DNA of 44,352 nucleotides, from the IMG/VR virus record IMGVR_UViG_3300044477_000154, positions 1-44,352 of that record. One strand, written 5' to 3'. The notes under the pieces are model-generated. The model ran no database searches. It was given only the letters and a program-made list of their open reading frames with translations, and was not told the origin of the DNA. Positions within the stretch are counted from its first letter, which is position 1. Each line of letters begins with the position of its first letter. This DNA is from a virus. Taxonomy: Duplodnaviria; Caudoviricetes. This document shows, piece by piece, positions 37,193 to 44,352 of this stretch. The translations under genes were made by a program, and so were the position numbers.

Positions 37193-37846
37193 ATGCCTAC
37201 AACATATCACAAACACTTCACCGAGTACACCGAAAAAGAATTGTGTGTGATGACCCGTGAGGAAGCTTGTTTGACGTTAAATGATAAACAGCGCAAATGG
37301 TGCGAGATATATGTCAACAATTTCAACTCAAAAATTGCGGCAAAAAGAGCGGGCTACACGTCGGAATCAGCACATTCTTTAGGCTGGAAATTAAGACAGC
37401 GTGACGACGTCAATCTATATTTGGCATGGTTAAAGCTCAGAATTTCGTTCAAAATGAGCGTTCGCCCTGAGGACATAATTGACCAATATGCACGGATTGC
37501 GTTCGCCGACATAACAGACTTCGTGACAACGACAGGAAACAGTTTAAAGTTGGCAAATTCGGACATGATTGATGGACAGCTTGTCAAAAGCATACGCAGG
37601 GGAAAAGACGGAATCTCGATTGAAATGTATGACAAATTTCAAGCCCTGTCCAGACTTGAACGATTTTTTGATGAAATGCCAAAGGACTGGAAACAAAAGC
37701 TCGAAGAGCGCAAACTTCAAATCATGGAAAAGAAGTTGGAAATTGAACAACAGCGGGCCGGATTGGGCGACGATGAGGATGAGGACGATGGCTTCTTAGA
37801 AGCGCTCAGAGGCACAGTAAATGAAAGTTGGGATGATGACTTATGA
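37193..37846 (+). CDS. terS: Terminase small subunit
   Basis: LNDKQRKWCEIY...AAKRAGY, IAFADITDF, MYDKFQAL. Confidence 0.88.
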   Translation: MPTTYHKHFTEYTEKELCVMTREEACLTLNDKQRKWCEIYVNNFNSKIAAKRAGYTSESAHSLGWKLRQRDDVNLYLAWLKLRISFKMSVRPEDIIDQYARIAFADITDFVTTTGNSLKLANSDMIDGQLVKSIRRGKDGISIEMYDKFQALSRLERFFDEMPKDWKQKLEERKLQIMEKKLEIEQQRAGLGDDEDEDDGFLEALRGTVNESWDDDL

Positions 37847-37983
37847 TTTACAAGGGTTATGATATAAGATGGGTAGACGGGCATTATGAAGCGTTTTTGA
37901 ATGATGTTTTCATCGTATCCGGAGACACAGATTATGAGGTCAAGGGTGACATCGACAAACTTTTGCAAATGGAGGAGCAGTAA
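37843..37983 (+). CDS. 46-aa hypothetical protein (absent from the ORF track)
   Basis: ATGA and TAATG couplings on both sides; MIYKGYDIRWVDGHYEAF... Confidence 0.6.
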   Translation: MIYKGYDIRWVDGHYEAFLNDVFIVSGDTDYEVKGDIDKLLQMEEQ

Positions 37984-38636
37984 TGAAAAAGCTTGAAGTG
38001 TTTGTTGAATCTGCGCAGACTTTTTTGATTTTTGTTATTATGTGCATTTTAGGCGTGGCGTTGTATTTCTCAACAAAAGATTGTATGACGCCATACGTTC
38101 CTGAAAAGCAAGATTTCGACTATGAGTATGTTCTGGTTGGCCCGTCGTATGCAGAGCGGGAAGCGGAAAGAATACGCCAAGAGGAACAGAAAAAACGGAT
38201 GTTTTATGATATCCCGCTGGATGTTTATCAGCAAATATATGTCATTGATTTATGCGAGCAGTATAATGTTGACCCGCTCACAGCGTTTGCAGTAATGCAG
38301 GCGGAATCGCAGTTTGACGCCGGTGCAATTTCAGACGATGGTCATGACTTCGGCATAATGCAAATACGGGACAGCAATCACGCAAGTTTGGGAAAGCTTT
38401 TGAATATAAATGACTTTTTAAGCTTTGAACAAAACACAAAAGCAGGAATCTACATTCTGGGCGATTACAGCGCCAAATACGGCGATAAATACGGAGAAGC
38501 GGGTATTTTGATGCTGTACAATTTAGGGCCCACAAAGGCGCTTAGAATGCTTCAGAATGGCATTCAGGAGACAGACTATACGAGCAAAGTCGAACAGGCC
38601 AAAAAAGATTTAAAAAAAAGCTTTACATTTGAATGA
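37983..38636 (+). CDS. Membrane-anchored lytic transglycosylase (SLT domain)
   Basis: N-terminal TM segment; AVMQAESQF, GIMQI, YNLG motifs. Confidence 0.85.
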   Translation: MKKLEVFVESAQTFLIFVIMCILGVALYFSTKDCMTPYVPEKQDFDYEYVLVGPSYAEREAERIRQEEQKKRMFYDIPLDVYQQIYVIDLCEQYNVDPLTAFAVMQAESQFDAGAISDDGHDFGIMQIRDSNHASLGKLLNINDFLSFEQNTKAGIYILGDYSAKYGDKYGEAGILMLYNLGPTKALRMLQNGIQETDYTSKVEQAKKDLKKSFTFE

Positions 38637-38650
38637 TTTCGTGTTATACT
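38622..38650 (+). promoter_or_regulatory. sigmaA-like promoter P7 (TTTACA-17-TATACT)
   Basis: Recurring motif; overlaps the SLT stop codon. Confidence 0.8.
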
Positions 38651-38695
38651 TGTCTTACAGTTTAAAAACTGAATAACGTTTGGAGGAACAACAGC

Positions 38696-38926
38696 ATGAC
38701 ATTCACAAAAACAACGGCAAAGGCAATCAAGCAAGAAATGCTTTACAGGGTTCTGGAGAATCCCGCAGACTTCGTGGCGCTGGACATGCTCAATCACATT
38801 TTTAATCACGCAGAGGAATTTATGATGACAAGAGAAGACAGAGCATTGCTGGCAACATTCATCACAAATGCAGAAAACGAAAACGAAGTAAGAGGCAATC
38901 ACAGGAATGACGAGGAGGTCGAATAA
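38696..38926 (+). CDS. Hypothetical protein
   Basis: GGAGG RBS downstream of P7. Confidence 0.7.
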   Translation: MTFTKTTAKAIKQEMLYRVLENPADFVALDMLNHIFNHAEEFMMTREDRALLATFITNAENENEVRGNHRNDEEVE

Positions 38927-39345
38927 TGAACAACGATACGATTGATAAGGTCAAAGCATTTATTCGCAAACATTACACAGGCGGACCAACATGCGAATAC
39001 GAAAACTGTCAATTTCCGGAATGCGAGCATGTTTGCGGATATAATCCGGACAGAGAAAAAGTTTTGTTTTATGATGTTCCTGGCGACTTGTTTGACGAGT
39101 TAATGAATGGCAAGCGTTCGGCAGAGATTGCAGGCATGCTGAGAACAGAAAACGCTTCAGCGAGAGCATGTGCATTGGCTCAGGTAAATACAGACGCCTA
39201 CGACATGAGCAAGCTCTATGACGCATTAGGGCAAGCAGAAGCGGCATTTGATAAGCTCACAGATTGTTGGGAAGCAATACGCACAGGCAAAACGTTGACA
39301 CCAGAGCAGACGGTGACGTTAACGATTTACGGGGTGATTATGTGA
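38926..39345 (+). CDS. Hypothetical protein with Cys cluster
   Basis: GAGGAGG RBS; CEYENCQFPECEHVC. Confidence 0.7.
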   Translation: MNNDTIDKVKAFIRKHYTGGPTCEYENCQFPECEHVCGYNPDREKVLFYDVPGDLFDELMNGKRSAEIAGMLRTENASARACALAQVNTDAYDMSKLYDALGQAEAAFDKLTDCWEAIRTGKTLTPEQTVTLTIYGVIM

Positions 39346-39572
39346 AAACTGCACAGCAAATGATTTTTGAGCTGATATGTTCTGGTGTTGAGATAAAGAT
39401 TGTAAGAGGGTATTTGCGTGCGGAATTTTTAGCAACAGCAAGATTTCACAATGAAGTTGTTCAAGTTTCTGTTGAATTTGATTATAACGTGAACAAGGAA
39501 AAGCAATTCCTCGAGCTCATATTTGGATTGTACAATCATCCTGATGTTCAAAAGTGGGGAATAACAGCGTAA
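39342..39572 (+). CDS. Hypothetical protein
   Basis: GTGA overlap; GGGGTGA RBS. Confidence 0.6.
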   Translation: MKTAQQMIFELICSGVEIKIVRGYLRAEFLATARFHNEVVQVSVEFDYNVNKEKQFLELIFGLYNHPDVQKWGITA

Positions 39573-39589
39573 CAATTAAAATAAACATT

Positions 39590-39626
39590 GCAGGACCGCT
39601 CCAGTCACGGGGCGGTTTTGTCTGTT
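39590..39626 (+). terminator. Hairpin, probable terminator closing the P7 unit
   Basis: CAGGACCGCTCC / GGGGCGGTTTTG stem. Confidence 0.6.
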
Positions 39627-39646
39627 GAAAGGGAGGAAGTGACAAT

Positions 39647-39742
39647 ATGATAAAATTCTTTCTGGTCGTATTTCCGTTATATCTGGCCTCAATCGTGGCA
39701 GTATTTAGCAAAGCAATAATATACATACAAGGATTATTTTAA
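39647..39742 (+). CDS. 31-aa hydrophobic peptide (absent from the ORF track)
   Basis: GGGAGG RBS; MIKFFLVVFPLYLASIVAVFSKAIIYIQGLF. Confidence 0.45.
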   Translation: MIKFFLVVFPLYLASIVAVFSKAIIYIQGLF

Positions 39743-39758
39743 GGAGGGAAGACAAGTT

Positions 39759-41099
39759 TTGGGCAATGTTATTTTTAAGTTTCAGACATTCTCAAAGAAG
39801 CAGATGAAAGTTTTGACTTGGTGGCTTAAAGACAGCCCTCACAGCGAGTGTGACGCTATCATCTGCGATGGGTCAGTCAGAGCTGGAAAGACATTGATAA
39901 TGAGTCTGTCCTACATCATCTGGTCAATGTCCACGTTCAATAATTCAAATTTTGGTATGACTGGAAAGACAATAAGCAGTTTCAAAAGGAATGTTTGGTT
40001 GCCGCTTAGAGTAATGCTGAGAGGCAGAGGTTATAAGGTGCGAAAGATGCCGGATTCAAATGACGCTTATGTTATCAGCAGGAAAGGCGTTCATAATACT
40101 TATTATATATTCGGCGGTAGAGATGAGCGTTCGCAAGATTTGGTGCAAGGATTCACCGCTTCTGGATTCCTGTTTGATGAGGTTGCGCTAATGCCAAGAA
40201 GCTTCGTAGAACAAGCATGCGCAAGATGTTCTGTTGATGGTGCGAAGTTGTGGTTTAATTGCAATCCGGATGGTCCGTTCCATTGGTTTAAACTGGAATG
40301 GCTGGATAAGTTAAAGGAAAAAAATGCGCTTCACATACACTTCTTAATGACAGACAATCCATCGCTGAGCCAAAAGACGCTTGATGTGTATAAACGCAGA
40401 TACAGCGGAATCTTTTACGATAGATTTATATTAGGCCTTTGGGTTATGGCTGAGGGCGTTATATATAGCATGTTCAAAAAGAGCTTTATTCTACACAAAG
40501 TGCCGGCAGACGTGAAGATAAACAAACGCTGGGTTGGCGTGGATTACGGACAAGCGAATGCAACAGTTTTCTTGTTGATAGGTTTGGGCAGTGATAACAA
40601 GCTTTATATCTTGGACGAGTATTACCATGAGGGCAAGTCAGCAGACGTGCAGTATTCACCGCGAGGATACAGCAAACAATATTTTAAATGGCTTATAAAA
40701 AACGGCGTTGAGGGCGTCCCTGTGCAACGAGAGCACGTGTTTATTGACCCATCAGCAAAAGGTTTCATCACACAGTTACGAGAAGATGGGGAGCGCAAAA
40801 TACGTGAAGCAGATAACGAAGTTTTAAAGGGCATTGAAATGACAAGTAGTCTTTTAGAGGCCAATATGCTCTATGTTTTAAGTAAATGTGAATATACAAT
40901 ACGTGAATTCAGCGCATACAGGTGGGACGCCAAAGCACAAACAGAGCGGGGAGAGGACATTCCCGTCAAACAGAACGACCATTGCATGGACGCTTTAAGG
41001 TATGTTGTAAATGGGAACAGAATGCTTCTCAAGACGCTTCTTAAAACACGCATTCAGCAAGAGGTCAAACAAGGGCTCATAAATAAAAATATAGCATAA
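39759..41099 (+). CDS. terL: Terminase large subunit (PBSX family)
   Basis: DGSVRAGKT, LFDEVALMP, NCNPDGP.HW, GVDYG, DPSA, NDHCMDALRY. Confidence 0.95.
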   Translation: MGNVIFKFQTFSKKQMKVLTWWLKDSPHSECDAIICDGSVRAGKTLIMSLSYIIWSMSTFNNSNFGMTGKTISSFKRNVWLPLRVMLRGRGYKVRKMPDSNDAYVISRKGVHNTYYIFGGRDERSQDLVQGFTASGFLFDEVALMPRSFVEQACARCSVDGAKLWFNCNPDGPFHWFKLEWLDKLKEKNALHIHFLMTDNPSLSQKTLDVYKRRYSGIFYDRFILGLWVMAEGVIYSMFKKSFILHKVPADVKINKRWVGVDYGQANATVFLLIGLGSDNKLYILDEYYHEGKSADVQYSPRGYSKQYFKWLIKNGVEGVPVQREHVFIDPSAKGFITQLREDGERKIREADNEVLKGIEMTSSLLEANMLYVLSKCEYTIREFSAYRWDAKAQTERGEDIPVKQNDHCMDALRYVVNGNRMLLKTLLKTRIQQEVKQGLINKNIA

Positions 41100-41109
41100 T
41101 GGAGGAAAT

Positions 41110-41466
41110 ATGGTAGAGATACAAGTTTACACAGACGAGAACAACATGTTAAAAGGGTTTGAATGTTTAGGCCATGCGAATTATGCTCCAGCCGGTCAAG
41201 ACATAGTTTGTGCATACGTATCAGGAAGTATTCAGATGGCCTGTTCTGCGCTTGCATTCATTTGCGATACAGATATAAGCCTTAATGCAGAAACAGGGAA
41301 TGTGAGGGCAATAAGCAAGCCCAGAACGACGATGAACAGAGTTGCGGTGCACGAAGTATTGTCAGGGTTGTTTGACACTTTTGGCGAACAGCTGAAAGGT
41401 TCAATATACGAAAATTATATCACTATATCAAAAACGGAGGGAGAAGTATGGACGCAAAAAACATGA
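41110..41466 (+). CDS. prp: Prp-family cysteine protease (phage-related ribosomal protease)
   Basis: GFECLGHANYAPAGQDIVCAYVS matches the Prp signature GHA....G.DIVCA.VS with the His/Cys dyad. Confidence 0.9.
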   Translation: MVEIQVYTDENNMLKGFECLGHANYAPAGQDIVCAYVSGSIQMACSALAFICDTDISLNAETGNVRAISKPRTTMNRVAVHEVLSGLFDTFGEQLKGSIYENYITISKTEGEVWTQKT

Positions 41467-43013
41467 AGCTAATTTCCAGCACAGTTGAAAGGTTCAAAAT
41501 GAAAGAACATGCCGCATGGTATGGCGGGGAGATTGACATTCTGGTCAATTTTTACACGTTGTTTGACGCAATAAATGCCTTTGGCTTGGTGCATTCTGTT
41601 GGCAGGAAAGCACGATTCTGGGGCAGGGCGCATAAGAACGATGCGAGCTCAATTATTCATGTGCCGATAGCGACAGACATTGCGGACACTTCTGCAGGAT
41701 TTTTGTTTGGTGAGACGCCCGTCATAAAGTTTTCGCAGTATAATGCAGAATCAACAGAGCTTGTAAATGACCAAAAAGAGCTGGGCCTTATGCTTGATAG
41801 AAGCGGATTCTATGAGAGCATTGTGCAGGGCGCAGACATTGCGAGCGGGCTGGGTGGCGTGTTCCTGAAGCTGGCATGGGACAGCGAGCTGAGCGATTAT
41901 CCAATCGTCGTCGTAGAACAGCCTGATGACGCCGAGGCGACGTTTAAATTTGGCATGCTGGAAAGTGTACGTTTCTATAAAACGCTTGAATCGCCTGCAG
42001 GAGACAAAGCAGTTTACAGAACGATTGAGGAATACTCAAAAGGCGCTATTGAAACAGCATTGTTCAAAGGCACGGACAAAAAGCTTGGCGAAAATGTTCC
42101 ATTGACCACGCTGGAAAGCACAAAGGAGGTTCCTGAAAAGGTAGAGACGCCGGACGTTCTTTTGGCGGTGTATATTCCCAACATGTTGCCGAATAGACTA
42201 TGCAGAACAAGTTGCTTGGGGCGCAGTGACTATGCAGGGCAGGAAATTATGATGGACAAGCTTGATGAAACGTTTTCCGCATGGATGAATGACGTTCGTA
42301 TCGCAAGGGGTAGATTGCTTGTTTCTGAAGACATGTTCAAAAGCTCAGGCGACAAAGAGGAGTTTGACTATGAGGAAGGCGTTTACAAAAAGCTGGATAT
42401 TGACCCGCAGGCGGACGCTGATTTGATTACAGTTGTTCAGTTTGATTTGAGGGCAGAGCAGTTTGAAAAGACGACGCTCAATCTTATGGACAGGATAATA
42501 ACGTCCGCAGGGTACAGCCCGCAAAGCTTCGGTTTGAATATTCAGGGCAGGGCAGAATCAGGCACAGCGTTGAACGTTCGCGAGCGCAAGAGCTTCATTA
42601 CGAACAGCAAAAAACAAAGCTATTGGGAAAAGCCCTTGAAACATCTTGTCAAGGCGATGTGCATGCTTTACACCGAGGAAATGGGCGGGAAGATTTCCTG
42701 TGAGTTTGATGTCGATGTTGAGTTCAAAGACAGCGTGTCAAACAATATGACTGAGACAGCGACATGTGTGAAAATGCTTGCCGACGCCATCGCAGCCAGT
42801 ACGGATACAAAGGTCAGAATGGCCCATCCGGAATGGTCAGACGAGCAAGTTAAAAAGGAAGTCGAATTGATACTGAATGAATCAGCGCCTGCGCCCATGG
42901 AAACACCCGAGGAATCGCTGGACATTGAGCAGTTGAAAAAAGCGGCGGAAACAGGAAAGCCGATAGGTGAAGCGGAAGACGCAGGCAAGAAAACGTTCTT
43001 TCAAAAACAATAA
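41448..43013 (+). CDS. Portal protein (A118/SPP1-like)
   Basis: IHVPIATDIA, YIPNMLPN...LGRSDY, GYSPQSFG...ESGTAL; lies between terL and MuF. Confidence 0.9.
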   Translation: MDAKNMKLISSTVERFKMKEHAAWYGGEIDILVNFYTLFDAINAFGLVHSVGRKARFWGRAHKNDASSIIHVPIATDIADTSAGFLFGETPVIKFSQYNAESTELVNDQKELGLMLDRSGFYESIVQGADIASGLGGVFLKLAWDSELSDYPIVVVEQPDDAEATFKFGMLESVRFYKTLESPAGDKAVYRTIEEYSKGAIETALFKGTDKKLGENVPLTTLESTKEVPEKVETPDVLLAVYIPNMLPNRLCRTSCLGRSDYAGQEIMMDKLDETFSAWMNDVRIARGRLLVSEDMFKSSGDKEEFDYEEGVYKKLDIDPQADADLITVVQFDLRAEQFEKTTLNLMDRIITSAGYSPQSFGLNIQGRAESGTALNVRERKSFITNSKKQSYWEKPLKHLVKAMCMLYTEEMGGKISCEFDVDVEFKDSVSNNMTETATCVKMLADAIAASTDTKVRMAHPEWSDEQVKKEVELILNESAPAPMETPEESLDIEQLKKAAETGKPIGEAEDAGKKTFFQKQ

Positions 43014-43030
43014 CCAAGGAGGTGTGACTT

Positions 43031-44352
43031 GTGGCAATAAGTCCAAGTATAAATGACGCATTGTTGAATGACTTGTTTGTGATGTATTCAAAGACAGAAG
43101 CGGACATATTGGCAAAAGTCACGAAAGCAAGCGCAAAAGGTGCCGTTTCAGATTCGTTGTTAAAGAAGCAAAAAGACACGCAGGAAATGATGGCTGATAT
43201 AACGGCGATGATGAACAATAAGACAAAATACGCTAAGACAAAAGTGGGCGGGGCAATAATCAGCGCCTACAAACATGGCGTGAACAGCGCAGAAGCGGAC
43301 GCAAACAGCAAAAAGACAATCATGTCAGAATTGCATATTCCTATGAGCGTTCAGAATTTAATATTGGCAACGAATAAGTTGCTTGACGATTCAAATCAGC
43401 AGGTCCTGAGAAGTGTTGATGATACATATAGGGAAATACAAGCGCAGGCCGCAACGGGCGTCCTGATGGGCACAGAAACGCGAATACAAGCGACGCAGGG
43501 AATGCTAAATGCTATGCTGGCGCAGGGAATCACGTCATTCATGGACACAGCAGGCAGGAAGTGGAATTTGGCTTCTTATGCTGAGATGTGTGTGAGAACA
43601 GTTACAGCGCAGGCCGCCAGACAGGGGCATTTAGACAGGGCGGTTGAGCTGAGCAATGACTTGATAAAAATAAGCAGAATAGGGACGACCTGTCCAATTT
43701 GTCAGCGTTGGCAAGGCGTTGTCTTAAGCATTACAGGAAAGACGCCTGGCTATATGACAGTTGATGACGCACGGGCGGCGGGCGTATTTCACCCGAATTG
43801 CCGGCACACAATGGCGTCACACATTCCTGAGCTGGACGGGCCCGGACAAACACAGCTGAATCCGGAGAATCCTGCAAACAATGCAAGAAACAAGTTGCTG
43901 ATGAAACAGCGCAGTAATGAGCGCAAAATACGGCATTATAAGCAGGCCGCAACGGTGGCAATCACAAAAGCGGATAAAGACAAAGCAATCAAAAAAGCAA
44001 GGGAATGGTCAGCGTATAATAAGAAGTTTTGTGAAGACAATAATCTTAGACGCATGCCTGCACGAGAGGGCGTTATGCGGGCCAAAGGACCCGTTCCGGA
44101 GGACATGAAGCTTGGCGGATTGAAAGCGTATGACCCACAGCCACAAACGAAGCCATATTCATGGCTGGAGCTTTGGGAAATGAATACAGCGGAATTGAAT
44201 GCAGTTTATGAACAGGTTGTAGGATATCCGCCGAAAGGTAATATTTCAGTTACGAACAAAAAGAATCAAATACACAGCATGCAAGCAGGCGGAGCAAGCA
44301 CACCGAAAGCACAGCCACAGCCACAGCCACAGCCAATTCCAGCACCAGCACC
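43031..44352 (+). CDS. N-terminal part of MuF/minor capsid protein; reads through the junction into 1-1785, about 987 aa in total
   Basis: AGGAGGT RBS with GTG start; DTAGRKWNLASYAEM.VRT, TCPICQRWQG, FHPNCRH, QRSNERKIR; no stop before the contig end. Confidence 0.9.
   Translation, partial: MAISPSINDALLNDLFVMYSKTEADILAKVTKASAKGAVSDSLLKKQKDTQEMMADITAMMNNKTKYAKTKVGGAIISAYKHGVNSAEADANSKKTIMSELHIPMSVQNLILATNKLLDDSNQQVLRSVDDTYREIQAQAATGVLMGTETRIQATQGMLNAMLAQGITSFMDTAGRKWNLASYAEMCVRTVTAQAARQGHLDRAVELSNDLIKISRIGTTCPICQRWQGVVLSITGKTPGYMTVDDARAAGVFHPNCRHTMASHIPELDGPGQTQLNPENPANNARNKLLMKQRSNERKIRHYKQAATVAITKADKDKAIKKAREWSAYNKKFCEDNNLRRMPAREGVMRAKGPVPEDMKLGGLKAYDPQPQTKPYSWLELWEMNTAELNAVYEQVVGYPPKGNISVTNKKNQIHSMQAGGASTPKAQPQPQPQPIPAPA
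44210..44352. repeat. Terminal direct repeat, right copy
   Basis: Duplicates 1-149 with one fewer CACAGC unit. Confidence 0.97.

Noticed and set aside
37846-37875. Eighth promoter at the TTTACA after terS
   Set aside because: No -10 box at 17-bp spacing, no A-tract or GTGT, and it lies within a plausible small ORF
44210-44352. Biological direct terminal repeats (T7-like ends)
   Set aside because: The overlap falls mid-gene at a microsatellite and the terminase is PBSX-like (typically headful); best explained as an assembly overlap
1-44352. Lysogeny module, tRNAs, DGR/retron, introns/inteins, alternative genetic code
   Set aside because: No integrase, repressor or RT motifs; no cloverleaf noticed; dnaE, terL and recA are uninterrupted; genes tile densely under code 11

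Overview
The window is an apparently complete, circularly assembled ~44.2 kb siphovirus genome. Bases 44210-44352 repeat bases 1-149 except for one missing 6-bp unit. All credible genes lie on the + strand. No integrase or repressor was recognised, so the phage is probably virulent. Strong SD sites, sigmaA-type promoters, an Amidase_3 endolysin and Prp motifs point to a Bacillota (Firmicutes) host. Gene order: terS, insertion, terL, phage-encoded Prp protease, portal, MuF minor capsid protein fused to an ADP-ribosyltransferase (spans the contig junction) with a candidate immunity gene, scaffold, capsid, neck and tail, lysis, then replication and DNA modification (primase, SSB, NTP pyrophosphatase, carbamoyltransferase, dCMP-hydroxymethylase/kinase fusion, DnaE, RecA, dCMP deaminase, Cas4-like and RuvC-like nucleases), then early accessory genes (VWA/AAA pair, stand-alone ligase-Ia domain, glycosyltransferase, RNase H). 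Main points of interest: (1) a cytosine hypermodification pathway with both a carbamoyltransferase and a BGT-like glycosyltransferase; (2) a phage-encoded Prp with matching L27-like N-terminal motifs on scaffold, capsid and tail tube; (3) a virion-associated MuF-ART toxin with a candidate immunity gene; (4) near-total absence of GATC and CTAG. All assignments come from reading motifs by eye; no searches were run.
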